This document shows positions 36,061 through 44,771 of a stretch of 64,000 nucleotides of DNA, one piece after another. Within the stretch, counting starts at the first letter, position 1. Each line of letters starts with the position of its first letter. A model generated the notes under the pieces. That model did no database searches. It was not told the origin of the DNA and saw only the letters and a program-made list of their open reading frames with translations. Position numbers and translations under genes: made by a program. Source of the DNA: an uncultured bacterium (GTDB lineage Bacteria; Patescibacteriota; Patescibacteriia; SG8-24; DYFX01); the NCBI GenBank assembly GCA_937900255.1, contig CALCDZ010000003.1, positions 127,149 to 191,148 of the forward strand, in the 5' to 3' direction.

Positions 36061-36222
36061 GTCCGATAAGGGGCTGGAGGGATTCTTTCGTCGAACGGCT
36101 ACTTCTCACGCCGCAGGACGATGGATTTCTCAGAGGGACGGGCGCGCCTCGTCGCGGTCGTCCATGACCCTCCGGCCCCTTATCGGAAAACGAAACCCCG
36201 CTCATCGAGAGCGGGGTTTCGT
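36061..36222 (+). ncRNA. candidate small RNA (about 125-160 nt). Its 5' and 3' ends form a 19-bp helix (CCGATAAGGGGCTGGAGGG / CCCTCCGGCCCCTTATCGG, one G-U), followed by hairpin AACCCCGCTC-ATCGA-GAGCGGGGTT. Class not assigned
   Basis: Seen directly: promoter 36026-36054, then the 36063-36081 / 36168-36186 perfect long-range pairing enclosing about 86 nt with an internal helix GGACGA/TCGTCC, then a terminator hairpin (36194-36218). The G-U pair (T36075-G36174) is only compatible with plus-strand RNA. Confidence 0.45.
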
Positions 36223-36687
36223 TCATCCTTTCAGCCAGCGTTTGAAGCGGCTCAACAGTCCGGATTTTTGGGCAGGCGCCTGTTGCCGCGCCTTTTCCGC
36301 CTCTCCGGACTCCTTCCAGCCGCGTTCAAGCTGCGCATCATGGAAGGCGTCCATTTTTTTCGTGTCCTCGGCACGATTCAGCTCAGCCCGCGCCTTCAGA
36401 AGCTCCTTGCGCTCCTTGGCTGCCTGCGCCGCCATCTGCGCTTCGATCCGGGGTTTTTCGATGGCTTGCGCCTCGCCTTCCGTGATTTCCTCGAGGTCCG
36501 ATTCGTCCAGGAGTTCCGCCCCTTCGTTGGCGGCTTGGACGGCTTCGATCAATCCGTCTCGGACGGACGCTTCCGCGACATCATCATCCGATACGATCTT
36601 GAGCCGGTCCTTGGAGTGCGCACCCTTGCCCTTGGCCACCTCGTCTCCGATCGGAAGCTTTTCCGCCGCGTTTCCTCGCATAGTCAT
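36223..36687 (-). CDS. hypothetical acidic coiled-coil protein (154 aa)
   Basis: ORF with stop overlapping the gatB region (4-nt gap). Terminator hairpin 36194-36218 downstream with U-run on the minus strand. Confidence 0.5.
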   Translation of the reverse strand: MTMRGNAAEKLPIGDEVAKGKGAHSKDRLKIVSDDDVAEASVRDGLIEAVQAANEGAELLDESDLEEITEGEAQAIEKPRIEAQMAAQAAKERKELLKARAELNRAEDTKKMDAFHDAQLERGWKESGEAEKARQQAPAQKSGLLSRFKRWLKG

Positions 36688-36691
36688 GTCG

Positions 36692-38227
36692 TTAGATGTT
36701 ACCGAGCTTGGATTCCAGGATCTCGCGCACCAGTTCCGGTTTGGCCTTGCCTTTGGTCTCCTTCATGACTTGGCCGACCAGGAACATGATGGCGGGGAGC
36801 TTGCCGGCGCGATAATCGCCGACGACCTTCCCGTTCGCCGTGATGACGTTGTCGCAGGCCAGCTCCAGGTCGCCCAGGTCGGAGACTTGTTCCAGTCCGC
36901 GCTCCGCGACGATCTGCGATGGGTCCTGTCCGGATTCGAGCATCACGCCCAGGATCTCCTGCGCCGAAGTGCTGTTGATCTTGCCGAGATGCAGGAGCGT
37001 CAGGAACTCGGCGAAATCCTCGGGCGTCACCTTGACGGTGCGGATGTCGATCGACATCGAAGCCATGAGACCGAACATCTTGGAGAGCAGCCAGCCGGAG
37101 ACCAGCTTGGCGAACTTCGCCTTGGAGGCGTCCCAGGACTCCGTCTCTCCGACCGACCCGAGCCATTCGCGGAGCTCGGACATGACCTGTTCGACCCAAT
37201 CGGCCAGGTAAGGATTGTCGACGATCTGTTTCGCGTCGGGGGCGGTGAAGGCATACTCTTCCCGGAAGCGCTGCCGCTTGGCTTCGGGCAGTTCCGGCAT
37301 CCGTCGCCGGGCATCGCTTTCCGCTTCCGCCAGATCGAGCGGGGGCAGGTCCGGTTCCGGGAAGTAGCGGTAGTCGGCCATGCCTTCCTTCGTGCGCTGA
37401 TGGACGGTGATCTGCCGGTCGTCGTCCCACCCGCGGGTCGTGACCTGCGCGGGCGGTGTGCCGGCGTTCCAAAGGGCGGTCTGCCGGACGATCTCATACT
37501 CCAACGCGCGCTCGACGGCCTTGAAGGAGTTCAGGTTCTTGATTTCGGTCTTGGGGTTGAAGCGCAGGACCGATTCCTTCTCGATGGCCGGGTCGTCGAT
37601 CACCTGACGCAGGCTGACGTTGGCGTCGCAACGCAGGTGCCCCTTCTCCATCTCGGCGTCCGAGACGCCCAAGGTGCGCATGATCAGCCGGAGCTCGTGC
37701 AGGAAGGCCTTGGCTTCGGAAGGGGAGGCGAAGTCCGGTTCGGTCACGATTTCGGCGAGCGGAGTGCCGGCCCGGTTGAAATCCACGAGCGACGACTTGC
37801 CGTCGGCCGAGTGCTGGAGCTTGGCGGCATCCTCCTCAAGATGCAGCCGGGTGATGCCGATCGAGAAGACCTTGCGTTCGCCTTCCTTCGCGTAGGGGTT
37901 TTCGAGCGTGATGCGCCCGTCGACGCCGACCGGCTTGTCGAACTGGGAGATCTGGTAGCCCTTTGGCAGGTCCGGGTAGAAATAGTTCTTCCGGTCGAAC
38001 TTGGAGCTCTTCGTGATGCGGCAGCCGATGGCCAGGGAGGCCAGGACGCCGAACTCGACCGCCCGGCGGTTCACGACCGGCAGGGTGCCGGGGTGCCCCA
38101 TGCAGATCGGGCAGATGGCGGTGTTCGGCGGGGCGTCTTCGGCCCGGTTATCGCACGAACAGAACATCTTGGAGGCGGTTTTGAGCTGGACGTGGATTTC
38201 CAGGCCGATGACGGGTTCCAGGGTCAT
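36692..38227 (-). CDS. gatB: Asp-tRNA(Asn)/Glu-tRNA(Gln) amidotransferase subunit B
   Basis: 511 aa. The N-terminal 4-Cys cluster motif FCSCDN..CPICMGHPGTLP is present. Confidence 0.9.
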   Translation of the reverse strand: MTLEPVIGLEIHVQLKTASKMFCSCDNRAEDAPPNTAICPICMGHPGTLPVVNRRAVEFGVLASLAIGCRITKSSKFDRKNYFYPDLPKGYQISQFDKPVGVDGRITLENPYAKEGERKVFSIGITRLHLEEDAAKLQHSADGKSSLVDFNRAGTPLAEIVTEPDFASPSEAKAFLHELRLIMRTLGVSDAEMEKGHLRCDANVSLRQVIDDPAIEKESVLRFNPKTEIKNLNSFKAVERALEYEIVRQTALWNAGTPPAQVTTRGWDDDRQITVHQRTKEGMADYRYFPEPDLPPLDLAEAESDARRRMPELPEAKRQRFREEYAFTAPDAKQIVDNPYLADWVEQVMSELREWLGSVGETESWDASKAKFAKLVSGWLLSKMFGLMASMSIDIRTVKVTPEDFAEFLTLLHLGKINSTSAQEILGVMLESGQDPSQIVAERGLEQVSDLGDLELACDNVITANGKVVGDYRAGKLPAIMFLVGQVMKETKGKAKPELVREILESKLGNI

Positions 38228-38303
38228 ATCATGCCTATCCTAGCAGGACTTCCCCAATAAAAAAAGCCCATCCTGCTGGGGATGCGACCTGAATCCAGGC
38301 CGC

Positions 38304-38966
38304 CTAGACCGCCAGCGTCTTGCGGACCTCCGTCCAGACCAGTTCGTGGATCTCGTCGATCGAAAGCAGGCGTCCGTCCACGACGCATTCGACGAGCGCG
38401 AAGTTCGGGAAGCTGCGGGCCAGTTCAAGGTAGGCGGCTTCGGCGGCGCGCTGGTGTTCCAGGTTCTCGTGCTGGTCCTTCTCGTTGCCGCGCTTGTCGA
38501 TGAGCGTCATCGTGACTTCGGAAGGGACGTGCAGGATGACGTTCAGGTCCGGGCGCGGGATGCCGAACAAGCCGTGCTCAAGATCGTCGTTCCATCGGAA
38601 GAATTCCGCGCGCGCTTCAGGGTCAAGGATCTGCGCCCCCTGATGGCCCATGTTCGAGGCGACGTAGCGGTTCGCGACCACATGCGCGCCGCGTTCAAGA
38701 GGCGCCAGATCGCCCTCTTTGAACGAGGCCCAACGATCGATGGCGTACAGCATCGACGCTTGGCGGGCGGGTACTTCGGTAGCGGTGCCGTAGACGCCTT
38801 CCAGATAGCTCTTCACGACCCGTCCGGTCGGCGTCTCGTAACGGGGGTAGGAAAGCGTGCCGACGGCGTGGCCTTCGCGCTCCAAACGCGCGACCAGGCG
38901 CTTGGCCTGTTCGGTCTTGCCAGACCCGTTGGTCCCATCGATGACGATCAGTTTGCCGCGCGGCAT
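38304..38966 (-). CDS. tmk: thymidylate kinase
   Basis: P-loop IVIDGTNGSGKTEQ, DRW/ASF motif, 220 aa. Confidence 0.85.
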   Translation of the reverse strand: MPRGKLIVIDGTNGSGKTEQAKRLVARLEREGHAVGTLSYPRYETPTGRVVKSYLEGVYGTATEVPARQASMLYAIDRWASFKEGDLAPLERGAHVVANRYVASNMGHQGAQILDPEARAEFFRWNDDLEHGLFGIPRPDLNVILHVPSEVTMTLIDKRGNEKDQHENLEHQRAAEAAYLELARSFPNFALVECVVDGRLLSIDEIHELVWTEVRKTLAV

Positions 38967-38982
38967 GGGTGCGTCCGGGCGA

Positions 38983-40458
38983 TCATTCGATCGCCGCGTC
39001 CGAGAGGGCCTTCACGCCGACGGTCGAGACGGATTCCTCCGACAGGTCGACCCGGACGAAACTCGCCAGGAAGGGATGGACGCGTTCGAGTTCGCGGAAG
39101 CACTGCTGGGCGATGCGTCGGTAGGAGGGATGCCCCTTCTTGCCGCTGCGCAGGGGGATGAAGTGGTGCAGTTCGCGCAGGTTCCAGGTCATGAGCACGC
39201 GCTTGCGGAAGGCCATCGGCACGGCGTATTGAGCCTCTTCGCGCAGTCCGGCGGCGATCATGGCGTCATGCAGCTCGCGGGCCCGTTCCAGGGCGGCGCG
39301 GAACTCCGCCTCCTTGCCGATCTCGACGATCTCGGGGGGCACGATGTACCCGTGGGCCGTCGTGACGTTCTGGTTGGTCTGGGTGGCCATGCGATGGCGC
39401 TGGATGTCGCGCCAGGCGCCGTAGTCCATGAGGATGTCGAAGGTGTAGGAGGCATGCTCGAACTCGCGGACGGGAGCGTCATGCGGTCCGCGGGACGAGA
39501 GTGCGGCGTGGATGACCCGCTCTTTCTCTTCGCGCGGCATGATGCGCACGCGCTCCATGATCTGCGCGAAAGGATGCCGCGTGTGGCGGTAGAGGAGCGA
39601 GGCGACGATCTTTTCCAGCGCTTCCGGTTCATGGTCGACGATCCGCACCGGCGCGGCCTCCTCCGGGGCGGGTACGGCGGCGGCCCATTCGTCGGCGATG
39701 GCCTGGAGCGCCGCGCGCGACTCCGAGAGGTAGGCGTTAGGGTCGGCGTACTTCACGAGCGTCGGCGTGACCTTCAGGCAGGCCTCCTTGAGTTCCGCCG
39801 CCAGCGCGCGGACTTCCTCCAGCGGGTGGGAGAGGCCCTTGGTGATGGCCCATTCGAACCCGCGGGCGTTGGCCGTCATGCCGAGGTTCGTCATGGTGGC
39901 CGCCGGCAGGAGATAGCGCGCCACGTCGCAGACGCGCGCCTTGATCTGCGCGGCGTAGAGCTTGGGGGACGCCTTTTCGGATTTCGGGAACTTGGCCCGC
40001 ATGTACGTTTCAAGCGGCGCGAAGAGAGAAGCGTAGACGTCGAAGAGGCGGTCGAGCGTCTCGCGGTAGCGCGGGCCGATCTCGGAGGCCATCACGTTCT
40101 CCGGGCGGACGTAGCGGTTCTTGTCGATCACCTGGTAGCGCGTCGATTTTTCGGTATAGGAACCGAGGCGGTTGTCTTCGATGACCTTCACCGCGATGTT
40201 CGAGACGTTCTCGAAGGCGACGTGGAGCGAAGCGTGTTCGGCCACCGATCCGTGACCGTAACCGACGACCCACTTCTCATGGAACTCGGCGGCGGAGGCT
40301 CCGCTCACTTCGATCAGGTTCTCGTCGAACGGTTTGGGCGAACGCGAGCACTTGGCGAAAGCGACCGCCACGATTTCCGGCTCTCCCGTCAGCGTGTAGA
40401 CGCGGCGGGTGTTGCCGGTGTCGCCGGCCTCTTCGGACAGGAGGTCTTCGGGGTTCAT
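38983..40458 (-). CDS. thyX: FAD-dependent thymidylate synthase ThyX, long tandem form (491 aa). N-terminal ThyX-like half lacks the RHR motif; the C-terminal half carries QRHRMATQ
   Basis: Two ThyX-like halves. The first has the ThyX N-terminal pattern HGSVAEHASLHVAFENVS...SYTEKSTRY. The second has the RHR signature and the SRS/R..R region. Confidence 0.8.
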   Translation of the reverse strand: MNPEDLLSEEAGDTGNTRRVYTLTGEPEIVAVAFAKCSRSPKPFDENLIEVSGASAAEFHEKWVVGYGHGSVAEHASLHVAFENVSNIAVKVIEDNRLGSYTEKSTRYQVIDKNRYVRPENVMASEIGPRYRETLDRLFDVYASLFAPLETYMRAKFPKSEKASPKLYAAQIKARVCDVARYLLPAATMTNLGMTANARGFEWAITKGLSHPLEEVRALAAELKEACLKVTPTLVKYADPNAYLSESRAALQAIADEWAAAVPAPEEAAPVRIVDHEPEALEKIVASLLYRHTRHPFAQIMERVRIMPREEKERVIHAALSSRGPHDAPVREFEHASYTFDILMDYGAWRDIQRHRMATQTNQNVTTAHGYIVPPEIVEIGKEAEFRAALERARELHDAMIAAGLREEAQYAVPMAFRKRVLMTWNLRELHHFIPLRSGKKGHPSYRRIAQQCFRELERVHPFLASFVRVDLSEESVSTVGVKALSDAAIE

Positions 40459-40495
40459 GGAGTCGTGAGTTGGGTAAGATGGTGCTGGCAGTACA

Positions 40496-40511
40496 CCACG
40501 ACGCGTCGTGG
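40496..40511. promoter_or_regulatory. perfect 16-bp palindrome CCACGACGCGTCGTGG, 38-53 nt upstream of the thyX start codon: candidate operator
   Basis: Exact self-complementary 16-mer in the 108-nt dut-thyX intergenic region, between the dut terminator and the thyX start. Confidence 0.35.
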
Positions 40512-40542
40512 CTTTTAAGTGCGGAAGCTGTGGATAACCGAC

Positions 40543-40566
40543 GAAAAAAGAGGCCTTAGCCTCTTT
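40543..40566 (-). terminator. intrinsic terminator after dut (AGAGGC-UAAG-GCCUCU + U6 on minus strand)
   Basis: Seen as GAAAAAAGAGGCCTTAGCCTCT on the plus strand directly before the dut stop codon. Confidence 0.6.
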
Positions 40567-40995
40567 TCAGCTTCCGGTGCTTCCGAAACCGCCGCGCGTC
40601 CTGTCCGTCAGGGGCGGCCCCTCTTCCCATTCGGCCCGGTCGACGCGCACGAAACCGGCCTGGCACAGGCGGTCGCCTTTGGGAATCGTGACCGGAGTAT
40701 CCGTGAAATTACGAACCCGGATGCGCAGCTCATCCTCCGGACCTCGGAAATCCTGGTCGATGATGCCGATGCTGTGCGGCATCTGGACGCCTTTCTTCGG
40801 GGTGGAGGAACGCGGGGCGACCATGAGCATGTACCCTTCCGGCACGGCGAAGACGAGTCCGGTCGGCAGGTCGACGATCGCTCCGGGAGCGATCGTGACC
40901 TCTTCGAGGACGCGGAGATCGAAGCAGCAGGCCCCGGGCGTCTCGTAGGCCGGGATGATCGCGTCTGGGCGCGTCTTGGAGATGCGGACGTTCAT
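40567..40995 (-). CDS. dut: dUTP diphosphatase (trimeric dUTPase)
   Basis: 142 aa. Motifs APRSS, GIIDQDFRG and C-terminal RGGFGSTG. Confidence 0.8.
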   Translation of the reverse strand: MNVRISKTRPDAIIPAYETPGACCFDLRVLEEVTIAPGAIVDLPTGLVFAVPEGYMLMVAPRSSTPKKGVQMPHSIGIIDQDFRGPEDELRIRVRNFTDTPVTIPKGDRLCQAGFVRVDRAEWEEGPPLTDRTRGGFGSTGS

Positions 40996-41597
40996 TTTTC
41001 CGTATGCAGCTTGTTGCGGTGCGGATGCGGATGGTCGAAATCGCCCGCCTTGATGTAGTCGATGATCGAGGTGATCGAGGCTTCGAGATCGTCGATGCGG
41101 CCTCCGTTGTCGATCGTGAACTCGGCGCCCTCGCCGATGGCCTTGATGGCGAGTTCGGTCGGGAGGAGCTCCTCGCGCTTGAAATCCTCAAGGGTCATTT
41201 CGGATTCGCCGGCCTTCTCGCCGCGGTTGCGGGCGCGCTGCCAGCGGGTCTCGATCGGGGCGGTGACGTAGATCAGGTGGAAGCCGGAAAACCGCTTGAG
41301 GGCGACCATGTCGGCCTTGAGGCGGATGCCGTCCACGACGATGATGGAATGCTCGTCCCGTTCGCAGTCGCCGGCCACGACGTGCGCGAAGAGGTCCTCG
41401 CCGAAGGCTTGGCGCGTCAGGGTGGAGAACTTGGACATGTTCTCGCGCGAGAGCGGGAGGTAGAGCCGTACCAGGCAGTCCTTCATCGAGCGCGAAAAGG
41501 TGTGGGTGGAGGCGCCGTACTTGTCGTTCAGGAAGCTGGCGACGGTGCCTTTTCCGGAAGCGGCTTCGCCGACGAGACCGATGATGATCTTGTTCAT
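40992..41597 (-). CDS. P-loop nucleoside monophosphate kinase-family protein (GEAASGKGT P-loop; candidate (d)NMP kinase), 201 aa
   Basis: NMP-kinase-type Walker A GxxxSGKGT at the N-terminus. Start ATG overlaps the upstream stop (ATGA); the stop overlaps the dut start. The track ORF is extended to 41795. Confidence 0.55.
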   Translation of the reverse strand: MNKIIIGLVGEAASGKGTVASFLNDKYGASTHTFSRSMKDCLVRLYLPLSRENMSKFSTLTRQAFGEDLFAHVVAGDCERDEHSIIVVDGIRLKADMVALKRFSGFHLIYVTAPIETRWQRARNRGEKAGESEMTLEDFKREELLPTELAIKAIGEGAEFTIDNGGRIDDLEASITSIIDYIKAGDFDHPHPHRNKLHTEK

Positions 41598-42100
41598 GTA
41601 CGGGAGACGTAATCCTCGAGCGGAGCCTTGAAGGCTTCGGCGAGGCGGCCGGTCCATTCCGGCGACGGTTGATAATAATCGATGGCGACTTCGGCGTACT
41701 TGCGGGCCTCGGTCACGGCCGCCGATTGGTAGTTCGCGGCGGCCACGACGCGCTTCACGCCCGCGACGGCCACGGCCTTGAAGCAGTGGTGGCAAGGGGA
41801 GTGGGTGGTATAGAGCGTGGCGCCGACGGTGCTGAGGCCGCCCAGGACGGCGGCCTGCAGGATGCAGTTCTCTTCCGCGTGGACCGTGCGGATGCAGTGG
41901 TCGTGTTCCATCTGATGGCCGTCGGGGCCGTCGCAGTGCGGCATGCCCGGCGGCGCGCCGTTGTAGCCGGTCGCGATGATGCGCCGGTCCTTGACCAGCA
42001 CCGCGCCGACCTGAAGGCGGTCGCAGGTGCCGCGCGTCGCCACGATCTTGGCGATGCCCATGAAGTAGTCGTCCCAGGAAGGCCGTTGGAGTTTGATCAT
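41594..42100 (-). CDS. dCMP deaminase (cytidine/deoxycytidylate deaminase zinc-binding family)
   Basis: HAEENCI (H-A-E zinc motif) and PCHHC motifs, 168 aa. Confidence 0.8.
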   Translation of the reverse strand: MIKLQRPSWDDYFMGIAKIVATRGTCDRLQVGAVLVKDRRIIATGYNGAPPGMPHCDGPDGHQMEHDHCIRTVHAEENCILQAAVLGGLSTVGATLYTTHSPCHHCFKAVAVAGVKRVVAAANYQSAAVTEARKYAEVAIDYYQPSPEWTGRLAEAFKAPLEDYVSRT

Positions 42101-42186
42101 ATCATCATCACCCTAACGTTTCGGAGCGGACTCGGCAAGCGCAAGTCGCGAAAGCCGGTCCTTGGCGGAACCGGCTTTTGCTCCCT

Positions 42187-42858
42187 TCAGATGGTCCGGA
42201 TGGCCGGGCCCATGGTGGTCGCGACCGTCACGTTCTTCAGATAGACGCCCTTGGAGGACGCGGGTTTGGACTTGCGCAGGGCTTCGAGCAGGGTCTCGTA
42301 GTTCTCGACCAGGGCCTTTGCATCGAAGGAGACTTTGCCGATGACGGCGTGGACGATGCCGTAGTCGTCGGCCTTGAAGGCGAGCTTGCCCTTCTTGAGT
42401 TCCGAGACCATCTTGGCGACGTTGGTGCCGACCGTGTCGGACTTGGGGTTCGGCATCAGGCCCTTCGGACCGAGGACCTTCGCGACCTTGGCCATCTTCG
42501 GCATCATGTCCGGCGTGGCGACCGCGAGGTCCCACTCGAACTTGCCGGTCTTGGCGATCTCGTCGATGGTCTCCAGGGTGCCGATGGCGTCGGCGCCGGC
42601 TTCCTTGGCCTCCTTTTCCTTGTCGGCCGAGACGAAGGCGATCACCTTGCGGGTCTTGCCGCTGCCATGGGGCAGGACGACCGTGCCGCGGACCTGCTGG
42701 TCCGACTTTTTCGGGTCGATGCCGAGGCGCAGATGGACTTCCACCGTGCCGTCGAACTTGGTGACGGAGGTCTTCTTGGCGAGCTCCATCGCCTCTTCGG
42801 CGTTATAGGTCTTCTTCGGATCGATCAGCGCGGCGGCGGCCTTGTATTTCTTGCCCAT
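42187..42858 (-). CDS. rplA: 50S ribosomal protein L1
   Basis: 224 aa from [13 protein letters not shown]. The track ORF has a 32-aa N-terminal extension. A GC hairpin CCCCGGC-ATG-CCGGGG lies 15 nt upstream. Confidence 0.85.
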   Translation of the reverse strand: MGKKYKAAAALIDPKKTYNAEEAMELAKKTSVTKFDGTVEVHLRLGIDPKKSDQQVRGTVVLPHGSGKTRKVIAFVSADKEKEAKEAGADAIGTLETIDEIAKTGKFEWDLAVATPDMMPKMAKVAKVLGPKGLMPNPKSDTVGTNVAKMVSELKKGKLAFKADDYGIVHAVIGKVSFDAKALVENYETLLEALRKSKPASSKGVYLKNVTVATTMGPAIRTI

Positions 42859-42957
42859 AGGGTTGATTGGCGTGGTCAAACCCCCGGCATGCCGGGGTCC
42901 CACGTGCCTGATGATTAATGACCGCATCCTAACGGAAGCGGGGGATTTTGGCAAGGG

Positions 42958-43362
42958 CTAGGCCTGTTTCGGTACGTCAGATGCCGTCCTGATTTCAAGC
43001 TCTCGATCCTTCTGCACCCACCTGAAGTGCAGGAAGAAGAGGGGAGCGGCCACGAGCAGCATCGAAAGGTATTGTACGAGCGTGTTCTGGCGTTGGGAAT
43101 CGCGCTGGTCGACTTGCTGCTTCTCGCAACGGGCCTGCTGGTCCGCCTGCTCCTGGGCGGTGGGAGCCTTGAAATCGGAAGTGCCTGGCGGCGCGATGGC
43201 GACGGTCGGCTGATTGACGCAGGGGTCATAGGCCATCTCCGCCTTGGTGAAGACATATGTCTTCAATCCGAGGTTCAGGAGCGAGATGAGCGCGATGACG
43301 CTCATGACCAGGAAAATCAGTGTCGCGGCGTAGAAATAGATCTGGCGGATGACGTTCTTCAT
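42958..43362 (-). CDS. hypothetical two-TM membrane protein (134 aa) inserted between rplK and rplA
   Basis: Hydrophobic helices IYFYAATLIFLVMSVIALISLL and LSMLLVAAPLFFLHF. The stop is 3 nt before the extended rplA ORF. Confidence 0.45.
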   Translation of the reverse strand: MKNVIRQIYFYAATLIFLVMSVIALISLLNLGLKTYVFTKAEMAYDPCVNQPTVAIAPPGTSDFKAPTAQEQADQQARCEKQQVDQRDSQRQNTLVQYLSMLLVAAPLFFLHFRWVQKDRELEIRTASDVPKQA

Positions 43363-43444
43363 ATGCTCAAAATATAAAGGTAAACAAAGGTTTTCGCAAA
43401 CCTAAAGCTTGACAAAAGCACCAAAATGGTGTAACCAGAAGCCC

Positions 43445-43900
43445 ATGAAGCTCTTTACCGAATTCTCCAGCATCCACCTCTCACACGAAGGTTACAATCG
43501 ATTCGCTCAGGAGTTTGCCGTCATCCGCTACGGCATAGGTCGCATGTCTTGGGCGCAGTTCATGGCACGGACGGCCGGCTTTCCGCCGGGCTTCAAGCTG
43601 GTCACCTTGCGAGTGATGAAAGCCGACGTTGCGGTGAAATCCAATGAGGCGTTGGCCTCGATGGCCAGCGCGGGGTATCGCAGCTGCAATCTTCCCGAGT
43701 TGATGTCGCTCGGAGTGCTCGGTGCCTCGGATGGCTTCAGGGATCGCGGAACCGTGCGTGCCCTGAAGAGTGCCGTCGGACTCGAGACATGCGACCTATG
43801 TCTTGAGATGGGTAACCAAGGATGGTCGCTTGTCCTGTCTGGACACGATCCCCGCGCGGTCTGGAGTGCGGGCACTTTCTTCCCGACCGTCAGGCTCTGA
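43445..43900 (+). CDS. hypothetical protein (151 aa) on the opposite strand inside the rplK-rplA cluster
   Basis: ATG 43445 follows an AT-richer segment with a TTGACA hexamer. Strong bidirectional terminator downstream. Confidence 0.45.
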   Translation: MKLFTEFSSIHLSHEGYNRFAQEFAVIRYGIGRMSWAQFMARTAGFPPGFKLVTLRVMKADVAVKSNEALASMASAGYRSCNLPELMSLGVLGASDGFRDRGTVRALKSAVGLETCDLCLEMGNQGWSLVLSGHDPRAVWSAGTFFPTVRL

Positions 43901-43904
43901 ACGC

Positions 43905-43944
43905 AAAAGCCCTCCGACACGCTGTTTGTTGGAGGGCTCTTTTT
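43905..43944. terminator. strong bidirectional intrinsic terminator (A4-GCCCTCC-15 nt loop-GGAGGGC-T7), serving rplK (minus) and gene 43445-43900 (plus)
   Basis: 7-bp G/C stem flanked by an A-run and a T-run, between convergent stops. Confidence 0.7.
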
Positions 43945-43952
43945 ACTTCCGT

Positions 43953-44378
43953 TCAACCCTTCACTTCAAGTCCCATCTGGCGAGCGGTGCCGGCGATGGT
44001 CTTCATCGCGGCTTCGACCGAGGTGGTGTTGAGGTCGGGGAGCTTCTTTTCGGCGATCTCGCGGATCTGGGCCATCGTGACCTTGCCGACCTTTTCCTGG
44101 AGCGGCTTGCCGGAACCCTTCTCGAGGCCGGCGGCCTTCATGAGGAGGGTCGAGGCGGGCGGCGTCTTGAGGATGAAGTCGAAGGTGCGGTCCTCGTAGA
44201 TCGTGAGGACGGCCGGGACGATGTCGCCGGCCATCTTGGCGGTGGCGGCGTTGAACTTCTGGACGAAGTCGGCGATGTTCACGCCGTGCTGGCCCAGGGT
44301 CGGACCGATCGGCGGGGCAGGGGTCGCCTTGCCGGCCGGGGCTTGGATCTTGACGATGGCTTTGACTTTCTTGGCCAT
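43953..44378 (-). CDS. rplK: 50S ribosomal protein L11
   Basis: 141 aa, [34 protein letters not shown]... Confidence 0.9.
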   Translation of the reverse strand: MAKKVKAIVKIQAPAGKATPAPPIGPTLGQHGVNIADFVQKFNAATAKMAGDIVPAVLTIYEDRTFDFILKTPPASTLLMKAAGLEKGSGKPLQEKVGKVTMAQIREIAEKKLPDLNTTSVEAAMKTIAGTARQMGLEVKG

Positions 44379-44538
44379 AGATTTGCGGTGAAGTTGAAGT
44401 GTTGCCCCGGGAGAAGCCGGCTTATCGCCGCACCGCGCAACGACCGGAATATAGCAGGAGACCGACGGATTGGCAAGAGGGGTTGACGTTTCGGTAGGGT
44501 ACAGCTACCGTCCAGACAGACTGCAAAAGGGGTCGTCT

Positions 44539-44694
44539 ATGAAGGAGTTCCTCGGAAACATCGCCCTATCCCTCGTCCGCGCGATGCTCTCGCTCTTCCT
44601 CGGGCCGTTCCTGCTCGTCGCCGCCGGCGGCATCGCGATCCGCAACCTCCTCAAGGAGCCGCCCACGGATCGTTTTGACTCCGCGCTCGTCTGA
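44539..44694 (+). CDS. candidate small membrane protein (51 aa) in the nusG-rplK intergenic region
   Basis: SD AAAGGGG before ATG 44539. One hydrophobic helix. Unsupported otherwise. Confidence 0.3.
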   Translation: MKEFLGNIALSLVRAMLSLFLGPFLLVAAGGIAIRNLLKEPPTDRFDSALV

Positions 44695-44771
44695 TGGCGA
44701 AGATGCCAGGCCATCGATCGCAAACGGACCCTTTCGGGTCCGCTTTTCTTTTTGGCGGGTTTCCGCAGGGC

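Noticed and set aside
36061-36222. Assigning the sRNA candidate to SRP (4.5S), 6S, Y RNA or RNase P
   Set aside because: Size and terminal helix are compatible with several classes, but none of the class-defining motifs (SRP domain IV GGAA/AGCAGCC, 6S symmetric central bubble, RNase P P4 sequences) were found by eye. Left unclassified.
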